Source of the DNA: Vicinamibacterales bacterium
GTDB lineage: Bacteria; Acidobacteriota; Vicinamibacteria; Vicinamibacterales; UBA2999
DNA length: 64,000 nt
Assembly (NCBI GenBank): GCA_964202965.1
Contig: CAXNKG010000010.1
Coordinates: 6,190 to 70,189, forward strand
Direction of reading: 5' to 3'
Shown: positions 17,131-25,128 of the stretch, piece by piece
Numbering within the stretch: position 1 is the first letter of the stretch
Layout of the letters: each line of letters begins with the position of its first letter
Position numbers and translations under genes: made by a program
The notes under the pieces: generated by a model
Databases searched by the model: none
What the model was told of the DNA's origin: nothing
What the model saw: the letters and a program-made list of their open reading frames with translations, nothing else

Positions 17131-17847
17131 CTACGCTGACATCAAGGACCGCGCGACCCGCGCGATCTCTTCGTCGTACGCCCCATATACCTCTCCCGTC
17201 GACGCCTGCTGGCCGACAAGCGCGGGCTTGACTCCAAAATCCGGCACGTCGAGGTCCGCCAGGCGGTCAAAGTAGATGTGTTCGATATGCCGGCCCTTCG
17301 AGTCGTCCGCTTCGAGGTACGCATCGAGCAGCCGCCGCTCGAATAGCTCGTGGCTGCACTTGAAGAATCGCGTAATCACCTTCGGCGTTCTCGCGGGGTC
17401 CTTCCACCGCTTGCGGCGGAACCCATCGGCTGTCGGCGTCGACTGACTGACGTCGTCGAAGTTGCTGACGAACAGCCGGCCGGTGATCTTGTAAAACGAC
17501 GGTGTCGACCGCAGGAGCGTGCTGTTCCGGAAGAGATGCTCCAGGATTCGTCCTTCGCCGTACCCCTTTCCTACCAGTGCCGCCTCCTGGTTGCCGTCGA
17601 AGACGATCAGTTCCAGTTCCTTCCCCGCCGCTTCGAACAGCCGAATCACCGGAGAGAAATCAAATGTCGTGTTGCTGTTCTCCCCAAGAACGAGACGGCG
17701 CACCCGGCTCGGACGGGCCCACGCCGCGAGAGAACAGAGGTACTGGAATATCCGCTCCTGCTCGTCGCGCACGACCAGAAACGGGGTTGACCCGGGGTTA
17801 AAGGTCGCCGTCATGACGATGGTGTCGCCCGCGGCAGGAGTATCCAT
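17131..17847 (-). CDS. hypothetical soluble protein
   Basis: 238 aa ORF. ATG 17847 lies 5 nt after the DUF218 gene stop, so it is probably co-transcribed. No motif I recognise. Confidence 0.6.
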   Translation of the reverse strand: MDTPAAGDTIVMTATFNPGSTPFLVVRDEQERIFQYLCSLAAWARPSRVRRLVLGENSNTTFDFSPVIRLFEAAGKELELIVFDGNQEAALVGKGYGEGRILEHLFRNSTLLRSTPSFYKITGRLFVSNFDDVSQSTPTADGFRRKRWKDPARTPKVITRFFKCSHELFERRLLDAYLEADDSKGRHIEHIYFDRLADLDVPDFGVKPALVGQQASTGEVYGAYDEEIARVARSLMSA

Positions 17848-17852
17848 GTGAT

Positions 17853-18533
17853 TCAGCGGAATGTTTCGAAGAGGTAGTAGTACAGCAGTTTCTGCGATTC
17901 GAAGATCCCGTCACGCAGCGTGTCCCGGGAGCGCCACCAGCTCTCGGCACGGAACCGGGCGAGCGTGGACGGATACACCCGCACGTCCATCGTCGCATCA
18001 CCCAGTACCCTCCGGAACGTCAGCCGCGATCGCGCCGTATGGAACGGCGAAGTCACGATCAGCACCGACCCGATCGACCGTCCCTCCGCCCAGCGCGCAA
18101 ACAGGCGCGCTTCGTCCATTGTGGACTGCACGACGTCCGGCAGGAGCACGATCGCCGGCGCAGGCACACCGATGGCTTCGAGGACGCGTTTCCGGCGCTG
18201 CTCGTTCGTCTCAACCGGAATGTCGCGTTCGAGCAGGAACTGATCGGCAGGGTCGCGGGGTTCCGTCGTGAGCACGACGAGCGGCGCGTACCCTGCCCGG
18301 TACAGGTCGGCCGCTTCAACCACGCGGTCCATGGCCGACGCCAACACGATCATGACGTCGGCGCGCTGCAGCGGGTCGGCGCGTACCATCCGGCGCCCGA
18401 CGAACGTGAGCACGGGGGTCGAGAACACGTACAGCGACGCGGCGGTGAGCGCCGCGAGCGCAAGGAGCCTGACGCTCCGCCGACGCGTGAAAAAAGTCGC
18501 GGTACTGTGGAGGGGAGTGAGGCGCTCTGCCAT
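17853..18533 (-). CDS. DUF218 (YdcF/ElyC/SanA-like) membrane-anchored protein
   Basis: 226 aa. N-terminal helix LLALAALTAASLYVF, then ADVMIVLASAMDRVVEAADLYRAGYAPLVVLT, NEQRRKRVLEAIGVPAPAI and IVTSPFHTARS, the usual DUF218 pattern. Confidence 0.75.
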   Translation of the reverse strand: MAERLTPLHSTATFFTRRRSVRLLALAALTAASLYVFSTPVLTFVGRRMVRADPLQRADVMIVLASAMDRVVEAADLYRAGYAPLVVLTTEPRDPADQFLLERDIPVETNEQRRKRVLEAIGVPAPAIVLLPDVVQSTMDEARLFARWAEGRSIGSVLIVTSPFHTARSRLTFRRVLGDATMDVRVYPSTLARFRAESWWRSRDTLRDGIFESQKLLYYYLFETFR

Positions 18534-18576
18534 GGGGACCGGCCGCTGATCCTATACTACGAATCGCGCGTCGTAC

Positions 18577-19065
18577 ATGATTCGAGACTCCACGCCATCT
18601 CCGTGCCGCTGGATCGCCGCCGCCGGCTGCGCCGGCCTCCTCACGCTCGCAGTGGCGTACGCGTTCACCTGCGAGCCCGCTCCCCGCATCCGTGTCCAAT
18701 GGCGTGCCGACGTGAGCGCCCAACAACAAGCCGACCTCGAGCGCACGTACCTGCTCGTCAACGCCCGGGAACCCTTGCCAGGCGGCTCAACGGCGTACGA
18801 CCTGCTTGATACACGCGTCTCCAACATCAGGGCGCTGCTCGAGGACCCGTCGATTGTGAATACGGGGGACATCGATGGCGACACCTACACCATTCCCTTC
18901 GATGCGGAATACGGCATCGCGTGGATGTGGGTGGCGCATCGCATTCCCGGACTGCGGGACGAACGCATCCAGGCCGTGCTCGTCGCCCTCCTGTCGGCGA
19001 TGACGCTGGGCGCAATGGTCGTGGGCCGCCGGATTCGCCGGCGTCGATCGGACGCCGCGCATTGA
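18577..19065 (+). CDS. hypothetical bitopic membrane protein
   Basis: 162 aa with hydrophobic segments near both ends (IAAAGCAGLLTLAVAYAF and AVLVALLSAMTLGAMVV). Its stop overlaps the TTG start of the next gene. Coding status rests mainly on position. Confidence 0.5.
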   Translation: MIRDSTPSPCRWIAAAGCAGLLTLAVAYAFTCEPAPRIRVQWRADVSAQQQADLERTYLLVNAREPLPGGSTAYDLLDTRVSNIRALLEDPSIVNTGDIDGDTYTIPFDAEYGIAWMWVAHRIPGLRDERIQAVLVALLSAMTLGAMVVGRRIRRRRSDAAH

Positions 19066-20381
19066 ATCTCCGCACCTACCTCTATCGCCTGCTTGCGCGA
19101 TACGTGTCGTTCTTCGTTCCTGCGGACGCACGCGTGCTCGAAGTCGGTCCAAGGCATCGGCTGCTGAAGGACGCCATGCCAGGGCACGCCGTGGCGTTCC
19201 GGCCGGCCCCGGACGCCGGGTTCCGCCCTGACGAACGAGTCGACACATTCGACGCCGCCGCCGGCTTTCACGCCGACAGCATCGTCCTCAATGGGACACT
19301 CCATGCCGAGCCGGACGTCCAGGCGCATCTCGAGGAGGTCCACCGGCTGTGCGACGCGTCTACGCGGGTCGTCGTCATCTACTACAGCAGTCTCTGGAGG
19401 CCGCTGTTCCGCCTGGCCGACGCACTCGGGCTGCGACACGCACCGCGCGATGAAAACTGGATTGCGCCCTCCGATGTCGCCAACCTCCTGGCGCTGGCGC
19501 GCTTCGAGATCGTCACCAGCCAGTCGAGAGTCCTGCTCCCGATCTGGATCCCGCTGGTGAGCGACTTCGTCAACCGGTGGCTCGCGCCGCTCCCGGGACT
19601 CAGCTGGCTTGCGCTCCTCCACGTGACCGTCGCGCGGCCGCTCGCGCCGGCGTTCGACACGCCTCCGTCGGTGTCCGTCATCGTGCCGGCCCGCAATGAA
19701 GCCGGCAACATCGAGGCCGCGGTCAGCCGGCTCCCGGCGATGGGCCCGGACGATGAAATCATTTTCGTGGAGGGCCACTCCACCGACGATACCTGGGCGG
19801 AGATCCAGCGGGTGGCGGCCGCGTTTCCCGATCGGCGCATCAGGACACTGCAGCAGTCCGGCAGGGGCAAGGGGGACGCCGTCCGCGCCGGGTTCGCCGC
19901 GGCAACCCGCGAAATCCTGATGATCCTCGATGCCGACCTGACCGTTCCGCCGGAGGAACTCCCGAAGTTCTACCAGGCGCGCGTCTCGGGCATCTGCGAA
20001 TTCGTGAACGGGAGCCGACTCGTCTATCCGATGGAAGCAGGCGCGATGAACTTCGCCAACATGATCGGGAACAAGTTCTTCGCCATCGCGTTTTCGTTCC
20101 TGCTTGGCCAGTCGTTCAAGGACACGCTCTGCGGCACCAAGGTCATCGATCGCCGGTCCTACCAGCGCCTGGAGCGCGGCCGGGCGTATTTCGGTGACTT
20201 CGACCCGTTCGGCGACTTCGACCTGCTCTTCGGCGCGCAGCGGCTGGGGCTCCGCATCCGAGAGCTCCCGGTCCGCTATCGTGAACGCACGTACGGCGCC
20301 ACGAATATCCAGCGATGGCGGCACGGCGTGCTGCTGTTGCGAATGACGTTGTTCGCTGCCCGCCGGGTGAAGTTCATCTAA
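19062..20381 (+). CDS. GT2 glycosyltransferase (DPM1/Alg5/GtrB-like) with N-terminal methyltransferase-like domain lacking the Gly-rich loop
   Basis: GT2 core: SVSVIVPARNEAGNIEAAV, IIFVEGHSTDDT, ILDADLTVPPEE, FKDTLCGTKVIDR. The N-terminal about 190 aa look like a class I MT, but motif I reads VLEVGPRHR. Start placed at TTG 19062, overlapping TGA 19063-19065. The track ORF start at 18921 lies inside the previous gene. Confidence 0.8.
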   Translation: MNLRTYLYRLLARYVSFFVPADARVLEVGPRHRLLKDAMPGHAVAFRPAPDAGFRPDERVDTFDAAAGFHADSIVLNGTLHAEPDVQAHLEEVHRLCDASTRVVVIYYSSLWRPLFRLADALGLRHAPRDENWIAPSDVANLLALARFEIVTSQSRVLLPIWIPLVSDFVNRWLAPLPGLSWLALLHVTVARPLAPAFDTPPSVSVIVPARNEAGNIEAAVSRLPAMGPDDEIIFVEGHSTDDTWAEIQRVAAAFPDRRIRTLQQSGRGKGDAVRAGFAAATREILMILDADLTVPPEELPKFYQARVSGICEFVNGSRLVYPMEAGAMNFANMIGNKFFAIAFSFLLGQSFKDTLCGTKVIDRRSYQRLERGRAYFGDFDPFGDFDLLFGAQRLGLRIRELPVRYRERTYGATNIQRWRHGVLLLRMTLFAARRVKFI

Positions 20382-21318
20382 GCGGGCGCCGAAACGCGAG
20401 AAGATCCGAGACTCCGCTCAGCCCCTCCAGGAGGCGGCCAAGGTCGCCGCTCCGCTCCTGCTCCCCGCGCAGGAGCGCGAAGTCGGAATACGTTCCCAGA
20501 AGGCTCATCAGCCTGGCCTTCGTGTCGGGCCAGCTATACGGTTTTCGAGCCCGTACCGCGGTCACGACGGGCACGCCTGCCTCGATCAGAGTCGACGCGC
20601 CAGCCAGAGCGCGGGCTTCGGCTCCCGGTACGTCGAGCCAGAGCAGGCCGACCCGCGCGGGATCGATCTCACCCCGGGACACCATGCCGTCCAGGGTGAC
20701 CGCTCTGACCGTCACGCGCCCGGATCGTCTGCCCCCGGGAAGCGAGAGATCGACTGAGTGCTCGCCGCTGCTGGCGCCAGACAGGAACAGGTCCTGCTCG
20801 CCCTCGGTGTCGCTGACGGCTGCCCCGACCACGTCCACGACTCCGCCCAGGTCGTTGGCTGCCACGTTGATCCGGAGCGTCCGGAGGTTCTCTGGAGAGG
20901 CCTCGATCGCCACCGCTCGGGAGAATTCGTGCCGCCGGAGGGCCGTCACCATTGTCGTGCCGATGTTGGCACCGACGTCCACGAAAGTGGTGCCGGCCAG
21001 GGTGACGCCGGCTTCGCCGAGCAGGTCGACCGCCCGCTTCAGGAACTTCACGTCCTTGCTCCACCGCCCGACGAACAGCTGCCTGCCAAGGCGCCGGTCG
21101 TCCGAGCGCATGAACAGCAGTTCGCCGCGCCGGGTCTCGATCGCCAGATACGGAGTCTCTGCCGCGGCCTCGTCGAAAAATACCTCTCGTCGCGATGGGG
21201 CGGTCTGCCCCGGAGTCGCCGAGTCACAGCCGGAATCCTTAGACGTCATTCGGGCGTGTATCTTGTCACGGAAACTGCGCGCTCCCGAGCGCAGCCGTTG
21301 TCCTTTGTAAACTAACAT
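20374..21318 (-). CDS. FkbM family methyltransferase
   Basis: FVDVGANIGTTMVTALRRHEFSRAVAIEASPENLRTLRINVAAN and WLDVPGAEARAL are FkbM-like. Alternative start ATG 21249 (MTSKDSG) would leave an 82 nt promoter region. Confidence 0.8.
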   Translation of the reverse strand: MLVYKGQRLRSGARSFRDKIHARMTSKDSGCDSATPGQTAPSRREVFFDEAAAETPYLAIETRRGELLFMRSDDRRLGRQLFVGRWSKDVKFLKRAVDLLGEAGVTLAGTTFVDVGANIGTTMVTALRRHEFSRAVAIEASPENLRTLRINVAANDLGGVVDVVGAAVSDTEGEQDLFLSGASSGEHSVDLSLPGGRRSGRVTVRAVTLDGMVSRGEIDPARVGLLWLDVPGAEARALAGASTLIEAGVPVVTAVRARKPYSWPDTKARLMSLLGTYSDFALLRGEQERSGDLGRLLEGLSGVSDLLAFRRPLR

Positions 21319-21331
21319 TCAGCGGAGACCC

Positions 21332-22312
21332 ATGTCACTGGACAAACTGTTCACGGCACTCGATCTTCCAGTGCTTGCGCGCCTGGTGTCTGAGGCCGAC
21401 CTCAAGTTCGTGGACATCGGCGGTCGTGGCGACGCGTTCCCTCCTCTCCTGCCGTTCGCCCGCTTCGCCCGCTATTACGTCTTTGAACCAGAGGTGGCGG
21501 AAGCGGCTCGGCTCGAGCAGGAGTTCGCACAGAAGCACACGTGGCGCAGCGTCGTCGTCATGGCCGAGGCGGTCGGCCGTGCCCGCGGGCTGGCCAATCT
21601 GTATCTGACCGAGAACCCGGGCATGAGCTCGCTGCTCGAGCCCGATCCCGCTGTGGTACGGCGCCTGTGTGTCTGGCGCAAGTTCCGCGTGCAGTCGGTG
21701 TCGCAGGTCCCGGTCGTTCCGCTGGACGAGGCGGCAGAGCGCCACGGCTTTCTCGACGCCGCCTTCCTCAAGCTCGATACGCAGGGCACCGAACTGGATA
21801 TCCTCCAGGGCGGAGCGCGGATCCTCGAATCGGCCGTCGGCATCTATACCGAAGCGGCGTTCCAGCCGCTCTACAAGGGGCAGGCCCTCTTCAGCGACCT
21901 CGACGGCTACCTCCGCAGCCAGGGATTCACGCTCTTCTCGCTCGACCGGACGATGCTCCGGCGAGCCCGGTTCAGCAAGCCGATGTTTTCCCGGCGCATG
22001 GTTGCGTGGGCCCACTGCCTGTATCTGCGCGAGCCCGAGACCCTCGCCGATGCGAAGGGGGATCCCGGCCGCAGACTCGCCGGCCTCCTGGCCAGCTCGC
22101 TCGCCTTCCACCAGTACGATCTCGCGCTGGAAGTCACCAGGGCGTTCGAGCAGGCGCAGCTCCTTGGGACGCCGGAGGTCGAGGCGCTCAGAAGCGAGGT
22201 GAAGCGCTGCGCGGCCAGCGGAATGAGTTTCGTCCAGTCGCGGGCGCGCACGACGAGCCTCGAGGGGGATCTGCTGGGTCGCAGCTTCCGGGACAAGACG
22301 TCCACCGAATAA
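21332..22312 (+). CDS. FkbM family methyltransferase
   Basis: 326 aa. KFVDIGGRGD, VPVVPLDE, FLKLDTQGTELDILQGG. GGAG sits 5 nt upstream of ATG 21332. Confidence 0.8.
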   Translation: MSLDKLFTALDLPVLARLVSEADLKFVDIGGRGDAFPPLLPFARFARYYVFEPEVAEAARLEQEFAQKHTWRSVVVMAEAVGRARGLANLYLTENPGMSSLLEPDPAVVRRLCVWRKFRVQSVSQVPVVPLDEAAERHGFLDAAFLKLDTQGTELDILQGGARILESAVGIYTEAAFQPLYKGQALFSDLDGYLRSQGFTLFSLDRTMLRRARFSKPMFSRRMVAWAHCLYLREPETLADAKGDPGRRLAGLLASSLAFHQYDLALEVTRAFEQAQLLGTPEVEALRSEVKRCAASGMSFVQSRARTTSLEGDLLGRSFRDKTSTE

Positions 22313-22317
22313 GCACC

Positions 22318-25125
22318 GTGCGTCAGGCGATCGCGACCCTTGTTCTTGCCGGAGGCATCGCAGGGGGCATCGTCTTTTTCGGCACGCGCGATCTCGAGAG
22401 CTACGAGCATGCGTTCTTTTCGTTGGACCGCGGCACCAGCGTCGCGTCGGTCCAGGTGCTCGGCCATCCCGTCTACACCTACTCCGTCGGACTCGGCGTC
22501 CGCCTGCCGCTGCAGAGCAGCTTCGGCGCCTCGCCCGTCTCGGCGGCCGCCCGCATCCTGCCCGCGCCCGTCAGTTACTGGCTGCTGATCACGTTTTCGT
22601 TCGCCTGCACCCTCCTGGTGCTTCGCCAGGCGCTCGAGCCGATCTGCGGGCGGCTCGCCACATGGATCGCGGCGGTACTCGTCTTCTGCTCCGTTCCCGT
22701 CGTCACGTACGCCGTCTACAACGACTGGCCCGATGTGACCTTCACGTACTGCGCGATGGTGGTGAGCGTCTTCGCACCACAGGCACTCCTGGCGACGCTG
22801 GCGGCGCCGCGGCCGGCGAGGGCGCGCACGATCGGCGCGCTGTCAGTCGCCGCACTGACGTGGGGGGCCGTCGCCCTCTCGCATCCCGGCTACTGGCCGC
22901 ACATTGCGGCCACACTGGTCTGTGCCGCCGGACTGGCCCTGATCCGAGCCGATCTGCTCTGGCGCGACAGACTCGTCGCCGTGGCTCTGCTGGCTGTCGT
23001 CACCATGCTCCCCGTCGCGGCACAGGTCCCGGACATCCTGCGCGAGCTCAGTATTCCTGGCGCCGAGACGTCGACCATCGGCCGTTACACCGAGCCTCCG
23101 GAAGGCGCGCTCGTCGCCGCCAACCTGTTTCCGTTCGGGACCGTGGGCTCGCGGATGCCGTTCTCGCATCTGCTCCTGGCGCTGCTGTCGCTGGTGATTG
23201 GCGTGACGAGCATCGATCGACAGAACCGCCGCCTCTCGGTGAGCGCGGCGCTCGTGTCAATCGGGTTCGCGATTGGCGCCTCTACTCTGCCCGCCGGGTC
23301 GGCTGCGTACTCCCCGACGGGTATCTGGACCTTGCGCGATCCCGCGGCCGGCTTCGCGATCCTTGCGGCCGCGGCCGCTGTCGCCGGCTTGCGCAGCGGC
23401 GGTGTCCGCCGCCCGGCGCGGACGGTCGCGCTGGCCGCGCTGCTGATCGTGGCCCTGCAGGGCCCGGCCTTTGCCGTGCGGCTCGTCTTCACGAACGTGG
23501 GCGACCCGGAGTCAGTGGACACGCCGACGCTCTGGGACAACCAGGGGATCTGGACCCGCGACATGACGTCACCCGCGGAGCGCGTCCAGCTACGCGGCGT
23601 GCCACGGGATCCGCGTCCAAGAGGCGAGAGGCTGGCACTCTGGCCAGGCGTGCGGGAGGCCATGCGCACCGACCGCGTCCCTGCGACCGACTTTGCCGAT
23701 GCCGGCTACACACTGGTCACCGCCTGGACCAAACAGCGGACAATGCGCGGCCTGGTCCGCCCGAACGAGCTGCTGTTCAACCAGACCGTCGAACTCTCGC
23801 CCGTCGTCCTCTGCAGCGCCGACGCGATCGCATTCCTGCAGCTGCGGTATCTCATCGCGCCGCCAGCCGCCGCCTGCGGACCCTGGACGCCCGTACCCGA
23901 TGTCCGCATCGACGAACGCTATGCGCTGTTCACGCCCGGCACCGCGGACGGGCGGGTGCGGACGCTGGCTGCGGCCCCCGCGTCCGATCAGATGCGCCTG
24001 GCGCCCGCTCTGGCTGCAGGCTCCCCGCTCCTGGGGGCGCTGGAGCCGATGAACGGAAGCGGAGTCCGGCTCGAGCCGTCGGGCGCCGAGATCCGGCTCC
24101 AGATCTCGCTCAACAACCCAGCCGCAACCGAGAACCGCGTCATCGTGCTGCCGGTGGCCTACGACGAGGCGTGGCAGGCGTCCGATGGACGCCCGGAGAA
24201 CGTCGGGGGTCTACTGGCGCTGACGGACGTCCGCCAGCCTCGTGTGACCCTCCAGTGGGTGCCGGACCGCGTCGCCTGGCTGCGGGCGGGCGCAATGGCC
24301 GTGGCCCAGCTCCTGACGCTGCTCGGATTCGTCGGTCTGATCTGCGTCCGTCCTGTGCCGGCGGACGGTCCGGTCTTGCCAGCCGGCCTGTGGGGCCTTC
24401 GCACCCACGCCGCCCGGTGGCGAGCGGTGATGAGCGACGCAATCCGGCGCCCGCTCCGCCAGCCTCGCTACTGGTTCCATTTCGCCTACTCCGCCGGCGT
24501 CGTCTCGGCACTTCCGTGGGTGACGCCCGACCCGAATCGCCTCACGGCGACGGGCGCACTGCTCCTGCCCCTCGTGGCGCTCGGAACGGCGAGGCTCACG
24601 CAGCGCGACAGTGTCCATACCGCGGTCGCCGCGGCGCTGCTCGCGCTGGCGCTTCTGTCCGTGGGAGCCCAGGGCAGCCTTTCCGCCGACGCCGTGAGCG
24701 ACCCGCTGTTCTGGGGAGTCGTCAGCGCAGTCGCGCTGCTCGCGTCGCCGGCAACCCGCCGCTGGCGCATCGCCGCGCGGACGCTCGCAGCCGTTTCCGG
24801 CGCGGCGGTGACGGTGGCCGTCCTGCTGGGAACGTCTCCCGTTGTTGAAGCGGTTCGCGGGATCGATCCGCTCGCACGTCAGTTCGGACTTCCGGCGGCG
24901 CTCAGCCTGCTCGCCCTCTGCGTTCAAGGCATCGCGCACCGGGACACCCGCCGGCGGGACACGTGGCACCTCGGCGCCGCCGCGCGCGCCGCACTGCTCA
25001 CTGGCGTGCTGCTCGTTCTTGCGGGAGGCTTGCCAGCCGCCCGGATTGACGGCGTCTGGCTCGTGGTGCTCGGAGTTCTGCTCGGCCTTGCGGCGTCGAC
25101 GCCGCGCGAGCGCCGTCCATCCTGA
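22318..25125 (+). CDS. large (935 aa) polytopic membrane protein, YfhO-like/GT-C-like
   Basis: Start set to GTG 22318, 5 nt after the FkbM stop (M-RQAIATLVLAGGIAGGIVFF). Many hydrophobic helices, then a hydrophilic block, then VIVLPVAYDEAWQASDGRPENVGGLLALTDV followed by more helices. That Y-D-x-x-W...DG pattern recalls YfhO/ArnT-type C-terminal regions (from memory). Confidence 0.7.
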   Translation: MRQAIATLVLAGGIAGGIVFFGTRDLESYEHAFFSLDRGTSVASVQVLGHPVYTYSVGLGVRLPLQSSFGASPVSAAARILPAPVSYWLLITFSFACTLLVLRQALEPICGRLATWIAAVLVFCSVPVVTYAVYNDWPDVTFTYCAMVVSVFAPQALLATLAAPRPARARTIGALSVAALTWGAVALSHPGYWPHIAATLVCAAGLALIRADLLWRDRLVAVALLAVVTMLPVAAQVPDILRELSIPGAETSTIGRYTEPPEGALVAANLFPFGTVGSRMPFSHLLLALLSLVIGVTSIDRQNRRLSVSAALVSIGFAIGASTLPAGSAAYSPTGIWTLRDPAAGFAILAAAAAVAGLRSGGVRRPARTVALAALLIVALQGPAFAVRLVFTNVGDPESVDTPTLWDNQGIWTRDMTSPAERVQLRGVPRDPRPRGERLALWPGVREAMRTDRVPATDFADAGYTLVTAWTKQRTMRGLVRPNELLFNQTVELSPVVLCSADAIAFLQLRYLIAPPAAACGPWTPVPDVRIDERYALFTPGTADGRVRTLAAAPASDQMRLAPALAAGSPLLGALEPMNGSGVRLEPSGAEIRLQISLNNPAATENRVIVLPVAYDEAWQASDGRPENVGGLLALTDVRQPRVTLQWVPDRVAWLRAGAMAVAQLLTLLGFVGLICVRPVPADGPVLPAGLWGLRTHAARWRAVMSDAIRRPLRQPRYWFHFAYSAGVVSALPWVTPDPNRLTATGALLLPLVALGTARLTQRDSVHTAVAAALLALALLSVGAQGSLSADAVSDPLFWGVVSAVALLASPATRRWRIAARTLAAVSGAAVTVAVLLGTSPVVEAVRGIDPLARQFGLPAALSLLALCVQGIAHRDTRRRDTWHLGAAARAALLTGVLLVLAGGLPAARIDGVWLVVLGVLLGLAASTPRERRPS

Positions 25126-25128
25126 CGC

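Noticed and set aside
18885-20324. 479 aa minus-strand ORF antisense to the MT-like/GT2 gene. Similar long shadow ORFs occur at 6773-7999(+), 10334-11497(+), 13195-14427(+), 15737-16681(-), 30463-31827(-), 31885-33609(-), 42049-43539(-), 43890-45680(+), 60282-61700(-) and 60425-61768(+).
   Set aside because: Each lies opposite to, or out of frame with, a gene that has strong recognisable motifs. Their translations are dominated by Arg, Pro, Gly, Ala, Asp and His runs with no domain signature. Long stop-free shadow frames are expected at this GC content.
21541-22317. N-terminal 259 codons of the 1194 aa ORF 21541-25125
   Set aside because: This part overlaps, in another frame, the FkbM gene 21332-22312, which has clear family motifs. 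Its translation is Arg/Pro/Gly-rich low complexity, typical of an off-frame reading of GC-rich DNA. A GTG at 22318, 5 nt after the FkbM stop, begins a sensible TM helix.
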